A program made the translations under genes and the position numbers. From Octopus vulgaris (Eukaryota): a stretch of DNA of 64,000 nucleotides. The stretch covers positions 45,570,001-45,634,000 of the forward strand of contig OX597818.1 of assembly GCA_951406725.2 (NCBI GenBank). The letters are read 5' to 3'. Below the pieces are notes generated by a model. It was not told where the DNA came from. It was given only the letters and a program-made list of their open reading frames with translations, and made no database searches. Shown piece by piece: positions 12,871 through 26,757 of this stretch; the first letter of the stretch is position 1; every line of letters starts with the position of its first letter.

Positions 12871-12925
<55 letters not shown>

Positions 12926-13798
12926 CGCAGAAGTAAATATTTGAGAGTAAATATTCGGAGAGAGAGAAAGAGAGAGAGGGAGAAAACTTGCCACACTATT
13001 TGGCAAATCGACTCATGATCAAGAAAGCTGAAAAATTCCCTGAATGTAGATATAGAAACGTTGAAGAGTTGAGGGAATAAATTCAGTGTATGTTATATAT
13101 GTGGAGTCTGAGTAACGAATGGCATTGTTTACTTTCAAAAATGCGCCTATAGTATATTTAAGAGCTTAAATATGAGGCCAATGATTCGACAAAGTAGGAG
13201 CTAAAATGTACAGCTATGGCTTTGACAGTTGAACAGTTGAACAATTATAAGTCGTACAAAGGAAAACATTGTTCTTTTGGGGCCTCTATCATTTAAGATA
13301 TAAATCTAATAATATTGAACTGCCAACAAGTGTAAATAATCTGTTTGCAGTAACCAGTTCAAGGGAAATAGTGTAAAAATATAACTTTGTTTAGTTACTG
13401 TTTAAATCACATTTTAATCTCAAAAGACTTGTAGTCATTCGAAGGTAAATAGTCAAATAATAGACATTTAGAAACTGAAAGTCAGTTTAGTATTCAAAGC
13501 GGTATATTTGATTAGTAGGAAGTTTTGTATGGGAGTAGCGTAATTTTAAGCATCGAAGACACAAAGATGTTTATCTTCGAAAAAACTCGAGTTAATTCTA
13601 TTTCACTTGAGAGGACAATGGTTACAATATTTACTATGATTGGACATAAGTGAGAAATGTTTCTAAAAAGAAAAAAGAAAGAAAAGGAGTAATGTGTGGG
13701 CGATCTCTTTATTTATTTCAATATAATAGCTTTTAATTTCTGATATAATGTAAAATGCTAACATAATCAGTTATAGCCGACTGAAGGAAGAAAGGTTA

Positions 13799-13831
<33 letters not shown>

Positions 13832-13833
13832 GT

Positions 13834-13895
<62 letters not shown>

Positions 13896-14045
13896 AGGAG
13901 AGAGAGAGAGAGAGTAGAGAGAGAGAGAGAGAGAGAGTATAGGAGAGAGAGAGAGTATATGAGAGAGAGAGAGTATAGGAGAGAGAGAGAGAGAGAGTAT
14001 AGGAGAGAGAAAGAATAAGAGAGAGAGAGAATAAGAGAAAGAGAG

Positions 14046-14085
<40 letters not shown>

Positions 14086-14116
14086 GATAAGAGAGAGAGA
14101 GAGAATGAGGGAGAGA
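13799..14116. repeat. (GA)n complex microsatellite
   Basis: Direct reading. Confidence 0.97.
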
Positions 14117-14250
14117 CGTAATTGTTTTCAAAGCCATTCGATATACTCCTTTCGATATCTTTCAGAAAGAAGATTAACAAGTTAAGGTAACCTTAAGTCA
14201 CCTTAGAGCCAAGTAATTTCTGTTTTATGAATACGTTATTTTGAATAACT

Positions 14251-14379
14251 ACACACACACACGCACACACGCACACACACACTCACACACATACACTCAC
14301 ACACACACTCATACACACACACTCACACACACACACATACACACACACTCACACACACACACTCATACACTCACACACA

Positions 14380-14424
<45 letters not shown>

Positions 14425-14503
14425 ACACACACACACTCACACACACACACTCACACACACACACACTCACACACATACACTCACACACACTCACACACAC
14501 ACA

Positions 14504-14576
<73 letters not shown>

Positions 14577-14675
14577 ACACACACACACTCACACACACAT
14601 ACACTCACACACACACACACACACACACACTGACACACACACTCACACACACACACACTCACACACATACACTCA

Positions 14676-14720
<45 letters not shown>

Positions 14721-14777
14721 ATACACACTCACACACACACACTCACACACACATACACTCACACACACACACACACA

Positions 14778-14830
<53 letters not shown>

Positions 14831-14835
14831 ACACA
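14251..14835. repeat. (CA)n complex microsatellite
   Basis: Direct reading. Confidence 0.97.
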
Positions 14836-15181
14836 ATGTCAAATTTTTGACATTGAACATGTAATAACAAATAACATAGGAGAAATTTTACAATTACTGT
14901 GGTCCATTCATACAACGCAATTGTCGTTACATCTTTCTGGAATCAGTAAATCTTTCACAATCTAGTAATTCTGTCATAAAATCTCCCAACCCCTCCCCCA
15001 TACCAACCCCTCCAGACAAGTAGGAACACGACGGCAATATATTAATCAACTCCAATTTATTCAGCTGAAGGTGTTTTACGAGGCAGAATCTCGTGTATTT
15101 ATTGGCAAATACACGTGACGCTCGTGTGACAAAAGTGCACGTGAAATACGCACTAGAATTCAATGAACAATAGAATTATGT

Positions 15182-15663
15182 CTGGGGAGAGTCATTTTCT
15201 TTTTGTGCCTTATGGAGTCAAGACTACTGAAAAGGTTGCAAGACGCAACGAAAATTTTAGGAAAATAAAAATAGGAAATAAGTGGAAATTTTACCTATTT
15301 CTTTACTACCCACAAGGGGCTAAACACAGAAGGGACAAACAAGGACAGACAAACGGATTAAGTCGATTATATCGACCCCAGTGCGTAACTGGTACTTATT
15401 TAATCGACCCCGAAAGGATGAAAGGCAAAGTCGACCTCGGCGGAATTTGAACTCAGAACGTAGCGACAGACGAAATACCGCTAAGCATTTCGTCCGGTGT
15501 ACTAACGATTCTGCCAGCTCGCTGCCTTGGTAAGTGGAAATTTTACCGGTGAGTGTGTTACATTATAAGGCACAAAAAAAATGACTCTCTCCAGACACAA
15601 CAGAATATGCTTCAACACACGAACTTATATAAAGAATCTTGCAAATCAAATCCAAAAACGAAA
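15182..15663 (+). mobile_element. Partly palindromic Penelope-like non-autonomous element with hammerhead-like motif, interrupted by SINE A
   Basis: Homologous to 51429-51741; TSD aatagaattatgt at 15169-15181 and 15664-15676; cta-CTGAAAA-g-GTTGC aagac GCAAC-GAAAATTT-tag at 15224-15260. Confidence 0.7.
15296..15528 (-). mobile_element. SINE family A monomer
   Basis: 17-bp TSD taagtggaaattttacc (15279-15295, 15531-15547); the paralogous empty site near 51605 has one copy. Confidence 0.95.
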
Positions 15664-15957
15664 AATAGAATTATGTGTTGTATGGGTATGGTGTCATGGT
15701 GTCTAGTCACTGTTTAAATCACTCTTTAATCTCAAAAGACTTGTAGTCATTCAAAGGTAAACAGTCAAATAATAAACATTTAGAACATGGTATGGTATGG
15801 TATGGTGGGATGGTTAAGAAGTTCGCTTCGCAGCTCTGTGATTTCAGTCCCAGTGTGACACTGTGTGCCAAGTGTATTCTTTTCTTTTCCTCAAGTCCTT
15901 GAGCTGACTCATGCCTTGTGAGAGAATTTGGTTGACGGAAACGTTCTCTGTTGTGCA

Positions 15958-16189
15958 AGGCGGCGAGCTGGCAGAAACATTAGCATGTCGGGCGAAATGC
16001 TTAGCGCTATTTCGTCTGCCGCTACGTTCTGAGTTCAAATTCCGCCGAGGTCGACTTTGCCTTTCATCATTTCGGGGTCGATTAAATAAGTACCAGTTAC
16101 GCACTGGGGTCGATATAATCGACTTAATCCGTTTGTCTGTCCTTGTTTGTCCCCTCTGTGTGTAGCCCCTTGTGGGCAGTAAAGAAATA
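15958..16189 (+). mobile_element. SINE family A fused to family B
   Basis: Full unit; tail AAGAAATAGG runs directly into the family B head. Confidence 0.9.
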
Positions 16190-16348
16190 GGAGTGGCTGT
16201 GTGGTAAGTAGCTTACTAACCAACCACATGGTTCCGGGTTCAGTCCCACTGCGTGGCATCTTGGGCAAGTGTCTTCTGCTATAGCCCCGGGCCGGCCAAT
16301 GCCTTGTGAGTGGATTTGGTAGACGGAAACTGAAAGAAGCCTGTCGTA

Positions 16349-16425
<77 letters not shown>

Positions 16426-16631
16426 GTGTGTTTCTGTATCTGTGTTTGTCCCCCTAGCATTGCTTGACAACCAATGCTGGTGTATTTATGTCCCCGTAAC
16501 TTAGCGGTTCGGCAAAAGAGACCGATAGAATAAGTACTGGGCTTACAAAGAATAAGTCCCGGGGTCGATTTGCTCGACTAAAGGCGGTGCTCCAGCATGG
16601 CCGCAGTCAAATGACTGAAACAAGTAAGAGA
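16190..16631 (+). mobile_element. SINE family B (tRNA head, CORE-like box, internal microsatellite)
   Basis: GGAGTGGCTGTGTGGTAAG...GGTTCAGTCCC...CTTGGGCAAGTG...(TA)n...tail. Confidence 0.88.
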
Positions 16632-17158
16632 GTTCTCTGTTGCGTGTATGTGTGTCTGTCTGTCTGTCTATTTGTCCCCACATCACTTCACAACCGGTGT
16701 TGGTTTCTTTATGAACTGGGGTCGAGTTGTTTCCCTAAAATCTTCCAGACAGTATCCCATCATGGCCGCTGTTCAATGACTGAAACAAGTAGCAGAATAA
16801 GGAATAACTATATGTTATTAGCAGAAATTATGTGTCTGTGTGTGCGCGCGTGTGTGAGTGTGTGCGTGCCACTTATAGAATTGTTGGCAAATGAAATAGG
16901 GATAAGAATGTGCATTGTCCGTTTAATTGGAAAATTCTATAAGTGGCTGAAGATTGCTCGACATTTTAAAACTGATGTAATATTTACAGTGTTTAATAAA
17001 ATGAAGTAGCATGAAACAATTGTACTACTCTACCTTGGATATACTTGTTGCTTATTTTTATTATAATCACCCCATTTGATTTATATGGATAATACCATCC
17101 AAAATTCTGGTGCCTTTAACTTAAGTACCATATTCATCTGAATCTAAATTTTGCTGAA

Positions 17159-17208
<50 letters not shown>

Positions 17209-17369
17209 TAAGTAGTTGAATGAATTATCCTAGTATGGATAATTCGGTTAACCGATACCCGGGTAGAAAATTTACGTCAGAAAGCACGGTTGAAGCTACA
17301 TGCCAAGGGCAGAAATCACGTGCTTTCGTGTGGAAATTTGTGTGTTTTTTTATAGATAAATGAAAGAAG

Positions 17370-17468
17370 TTCCTTGTCTTTCCTGATGAGAAGACGGCAT
17401 AATGCACCCTTTATCCCTTCGGAATTAAGAATATGCAGTCTTCGAAACATGTGTCGAGAATAAAGGAA
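17370..17468 (+). ncRNA. Type I hammerhead ribozyme motif, intact core
   Basis: ttcctt..tttc-CTGATGA-GAAGAC(g)GCATA...TATGC(a)GTCTTC-GAAAC-atgt-GTC-gaga..aaggaa; predicted cleavage after 17455. Confidence 0.8.
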
Positions 17469-17555
17469 TTTTGTTAAATCGTCGTTCGACTCCATTCTTT
17501 CATTTATCTATATATATATATATATACATATATATATACATATATATATACATAC

Positions 17556-17664
<109 letters not shown>

Positions 17665-17665
17665 C

Positions 17666-17727
<62 letters not shown>

Positions 17728-18434
17728 TTTTATACATCATAAGATTTGACAGAACTCTTTAAAAACTTGACTTCGCTGAGAAAATCTAATATTAGTAAAA
17801 CATGTCACCATACATTTCAAAGAGTACATTCACTCCCTGGTGCATTGATGCTATTCTATTTTTAATTAATTTTAATCAATTTTCAATTCGGCGGCATTGA
17901 CTTCCCTGTCTACTTTATCAGAATTAAATCAGCTTAATGTGGAGTTACTTGTCCTACGCTAAAATCTCTTACTTCACTAAATCAAGTAGTCTAGCTTTGA
18001 CTTGATATGTAAATAGTCTAACTGAGAGAGTTTTGTATAGCTTCAGACGTCTGTAAACACTGATGATTTTCTTTTTTCTTTTCTTTTTTTCTAAATCTAT
18101 GTTTAAGTAGGCTTCTCTCATTTTTCCACACATCATTCAAGCGAGTTGGAAAATAATCTACAAATCCACTAAAATGTGGAACACTTCCATACATCTGCAA
18201 TATTATTTTCTTAAGTCTACGCATATATCGCCTAACTATGGAATAATGTTGAAGAAATAATCTGTTGTAGACACATTTATGTTCTTCGTAAAACAATTGA
18301 CTGGGAAATGATTATCTTAAAGTATGAGATTATATATGTCTGTGTATGTGCGCGTGTGTGTTTTGTTAAGCAATTTCTTTCATTAGTGTGCGTGTGTGTG
18401 CATACCATACATACATACACACACACACACACAT

Positions 18435-18486
<52 letters not shown>

Positions 18487-18501
18487 ATATATATATATAT
18501 A

Positions 18502-18536
<35 letters not shown>

Positions 18537-18649
18537 TATTAGTGAATTGAAGAAATGGAGTTGAACGAAGATTGAACAGAATTCCTTTTATTGCATTCTA
18601 CACTTTTGATTAATCTGCAACAAGATTATTCATCTTTCTATTTTACCAA

Positions 18650-18695
<46 letters not shown>

Positions 18696-18786
18696 GGTGT
18701 CCCAGGTTGAAGCTACATGCCAAGGGCAGAAATCACGTGCTTTCGTGTGGAAATTTGTGTGTTTTTTTATAGATAAATGAAAGAAG

Positions 18787-18885
18787 TTCCTTGTCTTTCC
18801 TGATGAGAAGACGGCATAATGCACCCTTTATCCCTTCGGAATTAAGAATATGCAGTCTTCGAAACATGTGTCGAGAATAAAGGAA
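18787..18885 (+). ncRNA. Type I hammerhead ribozyme motif, second identical copy
   Basis: Same sequence 1417 bp downstream; predicted cleavage after 18872. Confidence 0.8.
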
Positions 18886-18966
18886 TTTTGTTAAATCGTC
18901 GTTCGACTCCATTCTTTCATTTATCTATATATATATATATATACATATATATATACATATATATAT

Positions 18967-19104
<138 letters not shown>

Positions 19105-19862
19105 TTTTATACATCATAAGATTTGACAGAACTCTTTAAAAACTTTACTTCGCTGAGAAAATCTAATATTAGTAAAACATGTCACCATACATTTCAAAGA
19201 GTACATTCACTCCCTGGTGCATTGATGCTATTCTATTTTTAATTAATTTTAATCAATTTTCAATTCGGCGGCATTGACTTCCCTGTCTACTTTATCAGAA
19301 TTAAATCAGCTTAATGTGGAGTTACTTGTCCTACGCTAAAATCTCTTACTTCACTAAATCAAGTAGTCTAGCTTTGACTTGATATGTAAATAGTCTAACT
19401 GAGAGAGTTTTGTATAGCTTCAGATGTCTGTAAACACTGATGATTTTCTTTTTTCTTTTCTCTTTTTTTCTAAATCTATGTTTAAGTAGGCTTCTCTCAT
19501 TTTTCCACACATCATTCAAGCGAGTTGGAAAATAATCTACAAACCCACTAAAATGTGGAACACTTCCATACATCTGCAATATTATTTTCTTAAGTCTACG
19601 CATATATCGCCTAACTATGGAATAATGTTGAAGAAATAATCTGTTGTAGACACATTTATGTTCTTCGTAAAACAATTGACTGGGAAATGATTATCTTAAA
19701 GTATGAGATTATATATGTCTGTGTATGTGCGCGTGTGTGTTTTGTTAAGCAATTACTTTCATTAGTGTGCGTGTGTGTGCATACCATACATACATACACA
19801 CACACATACACACATATATATATATATATAATATATATATGTGTGTGTGTTATATATATATA

Positions 19863-19915
<53 letters not shown>

Positions 19916-20021
19916 AGTGAATTGAAGAAATGGAGTTGAACGAAGATTGAACAGAATTCCTTTTATTGCATTCTACACTTTTGATTAATCTGCAACAAGA
20001 TTATTCATCTTTCTATTTTAC

Positions 20022-20091
<70 letters not shown>

Positions 20092-20094
<3 letters not shown>

Positions 20095-20297
20095 GGTGTC
20101 CCAGAGGTTGCAGACCACCCTGGTTTTTTAAAAGAATACACCCTTATTGATTTCAAAAACACTTGATTGAGATTAATCATAACAAATGCTCAAATTGAGC
20201 ACCCTCTATAATTAAACATACAGAAAAAACATAAAATGAAATGCTTTAATTATTTTAAATGAAAACCAGAATGGTGCGCGACTTCTGGGACACCCTG
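20092..20297. mobile_element. Tc1/mariner-type MITE
   Basis: TIR CAGGGTGTCCCAGA...TCTGGGACACCCTG with TA flanks. Confidence 0.9.
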
Positions 20298-20316
20298 TAT
20301 ATTATATATATATATA

Positions 20317-20807
20317 CAGGTTGGACCAAAAGCAGGTTTACAGTTATTCAACTATCTTTCGCATTCATATATTAACAGTTTAGAGCTTAATTATAAAAAA
20401 TATAAAACCATTATTCTATGCTAATTTAGTTAATTTTGTCAAGCTCCCTTTTCAGTTTGTATTTTGTTTTTGTTTTAAGTTCTGTAAAGTGTGAACCATG
20501 GCAAACAATTTAAATCAAGAGCAAAGAAAGTGGATATTAAAACAGTATCGGAAGTCTGAAAATGCCGAGCAGGTGCGTACAGCACGGCAAGAATCCTTCC
20601 ACTCCACTCTCCTCCACCTTCACACCGGACAATTTATCAGATAAGAAATATATTTGATAGCACGGGTTCAGTGAGTAATGCACCAAAATCTGGTTGCCCT
20701 AAGACTTCTGTGACTGAAAAAAATGAGATCTTAGTGGCTACGACATTTGTGAACAATATGATTGTAAGATAGAAATTTAAATGTAACCTACTTTTGGGGC
20801 CACCCTG
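20317..20807 (+). mobile_element. Internally deleted Tc1/mariner transposon
   Basis: TIRs CAGG(T/G)TGG(A/C)CC.AAAAG(C/T)AGGTT, TA flanks; from ATG 20498 a frameshifted N-terminal HTH (EQRKWILKQY...FDSTGSVSNAPKSGCPKT). Confidence 0.85.
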
Positions 20808-20819
20808 TATATATGCTTG

Positions 20820-21140
20820 CTTGCCTTTTGCTTGTTTCTTGCTCCGTGTACTTGTTTGATGAGGCTGGGGGTCATCCCAGGTTAGTGGTCCCTGGGGCGT
20901 CATCGTGCGTAGAGCCGACCAGGTCCACCAGTACTCCCCATCGCTGGTGATCTTGTGCCAGCCTCTCTGCATCCTTCAAAATGACGTTGGGCCTCTAGGG
21001 ATCTTCTTTAATCCTGACCAGCCATCTGATGCGGGACCTGCCATGGGGTCTGTCACACGGTTTTTTTTTATCCACAGTTCAATGGGGAAACTGCTTTACT
21101 TCGTTTACTAAGACCATTGGTTGATGTCAGCCGCATACAC
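20820..21140 (-). mobile_element. 3' fragment of RTE-type LINE
   Basis: Minus-strand remnant GRSRIRWL...LAQDHQRWGVLVDLVGST, short repeat tail. Confidence 0.65.
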
Positions 21141-22003
21141 TTTTCTCGGGGATGAAAATACGAATATAGTACTTCGCTTTACGGTTTGTTAAAGTGTTAC
21201 AAATGTCATGGTAATAAAAAAAAACATTGCAGACAATTATGGCTTCTATTTCATTCCATAGTTTAAGACAGATTAAAACGTCTGCTATAGACATTTTCGT
21301 TCAACACATTTTAATATAATTTCAATAACATAGTCACAATGGAAGTGAACTAGAATTTTTCTCAAGGACAATTGTATGTAACTCTTTCTAGAACACGTCC
21401 ACTTCTTGACGTAAAAACAAAAATAATAAATAACTCATAAAGAAAAGAAATAAAAAAGATAAAACAAAAACGATTACTATTTCCAAAGATGTTCTTTCTT
21501 ATGACTACACTTTCAGTACCTATACAGATTTTACATCATTTCAAAACTCAAACGTTTCAGAACAAAATACAATCTGAAAAGAAATTATGTATTTCCTGGT
21601 TTCTATAAACTCTCGAAAATACTGCAGTTTCAAAATACGAGTGAAATTTCCGTCGTTACAGCTACATAATAGTTCGAATTCCACCGAAGTTGATTTGCCA
21701 TTCATCTTTTCGGGGTACCACTTGGACCCTAGGGTCAATGTAATCGACTTCTCCACCCTTCTAAATTGCTGGCCATATGCCAAAATAAGAAAGAATTCCA
21801 TATAAAAATAGTTAAAACCACTCAGCTGAGAAGAGTCGATTGTAAATTATTAAAATAATATTGCAGTAATATTTTTGAGTGCACACGCCAAGGAAGAGAG
21901 TGACTACCCATGTATAAGAAAAGAGAGGAAGAGATAAAGGGAGAGAGGGAGAGAGAGAGAGAAAGACAGAGAGAAAGAGAGAAGTCTATGATATTAAACC
22001 ACT

Positions 22004-22401
22004 GTTACTAGGCAACAAACCTAAATAGATTTTCATATGAAATAATCAATCTAAAACTTTTAGGCAAGTGGTTATACAGAAAACACGTTTATGAAATGAA
22101 GGTAAAGAAGGATTGTGATAGAGTGCTTCGTGAAGGGCTTGGAACAGGGTTTACCAATTCTCTGTAAGAATTCTTACTGGCCATTTCCCACTCAAGCGAC
22201 AACCTGCGTTACAAGCTGACGTAGAGTGGCTGCTGAGCGCGGATGGGGCTCTTGGGGTTACTAGCTGTCCCCGATAACTAACATGGTGCTGGATCATATC
22301 ACCAGGTGCAGAATCAGTCCCCCGCCTATATATTCATAATTTTAATGCGGTGCTATACAGTTACGGTTGAGGGAAAGCAGTTGGCAACCTTGCCTAGTAA
22401 G
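22004..22401. promoter_or_regulatory. Candidate RFX X-box cluster in a GC-richer unique island
   Basis: GTTACTAGGCAAC 22004-22016; GTTGGCAAC 22380-22388; CTTGCCTAGTAAG 22389-22401; CCCCGCC next to TATATA at ~22320. Confidence 0.35.
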
Positions 22402-23272
22402 CCAATTGAGAAAGTAACACTGGCATTTGTCGATATCTGGCTCGGCTCAATTCCTAATTTTGTGCATCCTCAATGATATGAATTTGGAGATGAATCCCTC
22501 TCTAGATGGGAAAAGATATATCATAGACAAACATTAAATTAAAAGTTCCCCTTCCTCTGTTAATACTCTTCTAACTATAAATGAGGAGTTAAACTCATGC
22601 AAGCACGTACTCATACATATACCCGACCACATATACTCATAAAAAAAACCATCTCCATCTCTCTCCCAAACATCTTCCTACCTCTCTCCCATATCTCTGT
22701 CTTTTTCACTATTCCTACCTCACCCTCTCTGTTTAACCTTTACTTCTCTTCATCCCTCTATCACAAATGCAAAAAACTGGAGCGGAAAATTGTCATTTGA
22801 ATGCTGATAAGTAGGTCACTAGCCAAACGGGACCAATCTAAAGAATATAACTCTGTTGGGCTTCAGAAGCAGGTTTTATTTTCTTCGTCCATTTTGTTTC
22901 TTTGTTTTCTCATTCATGAGATTCGTGTTGAGTTTGTTTTCTGTGCTTTTATTTTGTTTTATCGTTGTTTTGTTTTGTTTGATTGTTTTTTATTTTTGTT
23001 TTGTTTTTTGCAACATCTTTGTAGTCAATAAACTGGACAGGTGCGGTTTCTGGTCTCCAGTAACAAAGAGCCAAAACTATACTTTTTTCCTTTCAACCAT
23101 GTCCGATGATTGTTAATTTATCTCTTCATAAGTAGGAGTCATGAAACTGTTTTGTAGCAGAAATTGGTTGTTATGAAACTAGATTTATATTATTATATAA
23201 TATAGCCACACTGCTAATACTGTTAATATATGGGTGGCTGTATTTTATGACTTATGAAAACTTATATGACAA

Positions 23273-23486
<214 letters not shown>

Positions 23487-23810
23487 CGAGATGTTTATTC
23501 AGTTTCCATCCACCAAATTCCACTCGCATGACATTGTTTAATTCAAAGCTATGGAAGAAAACAATTGCTCAAACTGCTACGCATTTGGATGTTACCTAGA
23601 ACTAAGTTCTTGCAAAGTGAACTTCACTGATATTCCTGTGTATTCCTAAAGTCACAAGTGAAAATGAAATAGTTCTGGTTTGAAACTGAAATATCTAACA
23701 ATCCTGGTTTATTGAGTACTTATCTTTTCAATGCTAACTTGGTTAAGATTAAATGAAGTTCGTATCATTCTCGAGAATATCAACGGATTTATTGATAAAA
23801 TACTGCGCAA

Positions 23811-24020
23811 AGACGGTGAACTGGCAGAATCGTTAGTACACCGCGAAAAATGCTTAACGGCAATTCGTCCGTCTTTAGGTTCTGAGTTCAAATCCCGCCG
23901 AGGTCGATTTTGTCTTTCATCCTTTCGGGATCGATGGAATAAGCACCAGTTGAGTTCTGGGATCGATGTAGTTGACTTATCCTCACCTTTGAAATTTCTG
24001 GCCTTGCGCCAAAATTTTTA
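23811..24020 (+). mobile_element. Old SINE family A-related copy
   Basis: Diverged head and central domain, ttg(c/t)gccaaaattt-type tail; similar old copies at ~21660, 26309 and 44565. Confidence 0.75.
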
Positions 24021-24181
24021 AGCAATATACAGTGCTAGCATGATTATGTGATATAAAATTCACATCGCAATTATGTGGTTCTGGTTTCGATCCCAGTGAG
24101 GGGCATCTTGACCAAGAATTGTTTATTATGGTAGTGTATATAGGTATTTGATTGTTTGTATTGAGGCCTGCTAATTTGGTA

Positions 24182-24470
24182 TGTTGTTGTTGTTTGTTCC
24201 TTTTCGAGTCATGCCTGGCCCATAAGGGCCGCTTTTTCGGTTTCATTGGCAAGACGGGACGCCGGTCCGTCGCAGGTGAGCTGCTGGAGGAAAGAGTCAG
24301 AGAAAGTTATGGCGAAAGAGTCAACAGAAATTCACCAGTACCTTCTGCCGGAGCCGCGTGGAGCTTAGGTGTTTCACGCATAAACACTTGCATCGTCCGA
24401 TCTGAAATTCGAACCCGCGATCCCTCGACCGCGAGTCGTCTGCTCTAACCACTAGGCCTTGTGCCTTCAC
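24182..24470 (-). mobile_element. SINE family C, short-tail variant
   Basis: TSD gctaatttggta at 24170-24181 and 24471-24482; homologous to 43239-43532. Confidence 0.85.
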
Positions 24471-25419
24471 GCTAATTTGGTAGAAGGAATTTTATTTATC
24501 ATTTTTTTCCTTTCTTTTTTCTAGTGTGACCACGTTTCAGTAACAATTTGTTTCGAAATTTTCGTTGGTTCATGTTGCTATCGCCATCGCATAGTGTTGT
24601 TGCGATTTAAAACAGTTAGTTGTGATTTGAGGGAGATTTGGGTGATTTCTAGCCGATCGAATGGCTGCGAAGAGTTTTCTTCATTTACATTTTAAGCAGT
24701 AAAATATGATATTTTATTCAATTATTTTTTCATTATGTAAAATTCGAAAATATTTTAGTGAATATATTTTGTTTAAAATACAATTCAATTCCTTTCAAAT
24801 GATATTACAACCAAAATTCTGAATTTGTGAATCTTAGCAACGAGAAATTGTTTTCGACTTTTTTCTGCTTTTTGGTTGTTTGTTTTTTTTTTTCCTTATG
24901 GCTTCGATTTTGTTTTGTTTTGTTTTTTTCTGTTAAAATACGAATAATATTCAATTCAGGTTTACTATTTTTCTATCAACTGCAAAGAGCTAGAACTTTT
25001 GCGGGGTGGAGGCTGCCCGAAATAGCCTCTTCATATCTTCCAGCCCACGAAGTTAAATAATTTCTTCTAGGATAAAAAGAATTGTTCAATATATTTCCCT
25101 TACAACTGGAGGTTAAATAAGAAAAATGAGACCAAATATGACATATTAACAAATACTTTTGAACAACCGTAGGTTAATTTTTAAATAATGAAGTTAGGGT
25201 TACAATTCGCGCCAAAAAACTTAGTCTCTTTCATGACCCTTATCAGATTTGTTCTCATTGACTTCCGCTCTCGCTCATGTTTTGAGTGTGTATTCCAGTG
25301 ATAAGTCAACAAAATGTTATTTGTAATTAAGAACATAATGCTGAAGTCCCTCACCATCTCCAAAATTGTCATAAGCAACTCATTGATCTGACCAAACCCA
25401 TTGCCAGGCGCAGTATTTT

Positions 25420-26290
25420 GTGAATTATTGATATGATTTTGATGAACTCCTTAAAAGCAAATACTAAGAAAAATTTTTTAGGTACAATTTTCTTGTTTCT
25501 CGCTCAATGCAATTCCAAATATGAAATTTGGAAATTAAATTGTGCAGCCATTGCTCTATGGTATGACATTCTAATACGAGATTCGGAACTGCGTGGTTTT
25601 TGGTTCGATCCGAATTCATGGTACTTTAACAAATATGAAGTACAATGGATGGTATATCTCGATGGTAAAGGGCGGCGAGCTGGCAGAAACGATAGCACGC
25701 CGGGCGAAATGCGTAGCCGTATTTCGTCTGCCGTTACGTTCTGAGTTCAAATTCCGCCGCGGTCGACTTTGCCTTTCATCCTTTCGGAGTCGATAAATTA
25801 AGTACTAGTCGATGTAATCGACTTAATCCGTTTGTCTGTCCTTGTTTGTCCTCTCTGTGTTTAGCCCCTTGTGGGTAGTAAAGAAATAGGTATATCTCGA
25901 GACCGTTGGTTTCTAGATTCATTAGTCCAAGTATATGGAGCCTCTTCACACAGAGTTCCCTAATAAGGTTCCCCACAGTCTCACTGAAATACCAAGGTTC
26001 TCCTCTGCACTTCCATTTGAGCGCGACGTGATCCACTACTTCGTGATTTGCTGTATCTTCTTTGGAGACAGCTTCGCGTTGGCCTCGATTGATATTGTTA
26101 TAAAATGACATGTCATTAGTTTGACGAAAAGGGACTTGCTCAACAAGCTATTTGGCGAAAGTATTGTATCACATGGGGTTTCTGGGGGGGGGGTCTCAGC
26201 ATGACTGCATTTTCGGATGTTCAGTTCCTACTTCTAGATCCTAGCTTAAATGGAGTTTCAGTCGAAGACATCACGGATTCATTCAAGCAT
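25420..26290 (-). pseudogene. Highly decayed CR1/L2-group LINE 3' region, interrupted by SINE A
   Basis: RELCVKRLHILGLMNLE resembles the YEERLxxLGLxSLE C-terminal motif; weak. Confidence 0.4.
25671..25888 (+). mobile_element. SINE family A monomer
   Basis: TSD ggtatatctcga at 25651-25662 and 25889-25900. Confidence 0.9.
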
Positions 26291-26715
26291 TGATAGTTTG
26301 TTCCTTCAAGGTGGCTAACTGGCAGAATCGTTAGCACTCCGAGCAAATTACTTAGCGGCGTTTCGTCTGTCTTTACGTTCTGAGTTCAAAGTTCACCAAG
26401 GTCGACTTTGCTTTTCATCCTTTCGAGATTACAGTAGAACTCTGAGGTTGATGTAATCGATTACCCACCTCCCCCTAAATTGCTGGCCTTCTGGCAAAAT
26501 TTGAAATCAATATTTCGTTCCTTCATGAATTTGCTTTCTTTTTCAGTCTCTTTCTTCCATAAATTTTCTTTCCTTTCAAAAACTCTCCTACTCCCCCTCT
26601 CTGCCCATTTTCAAGTTTTCTTTCACAGATTGCGTTTAGTTAGCAAAGCCTGTCACCAATAATGATGAAGCTTATATTTTGCGTTCATTTTCAATATACA
26701 TCTCCTTTTTAATTA

Positions 26716-26757
<42 letters not shown>

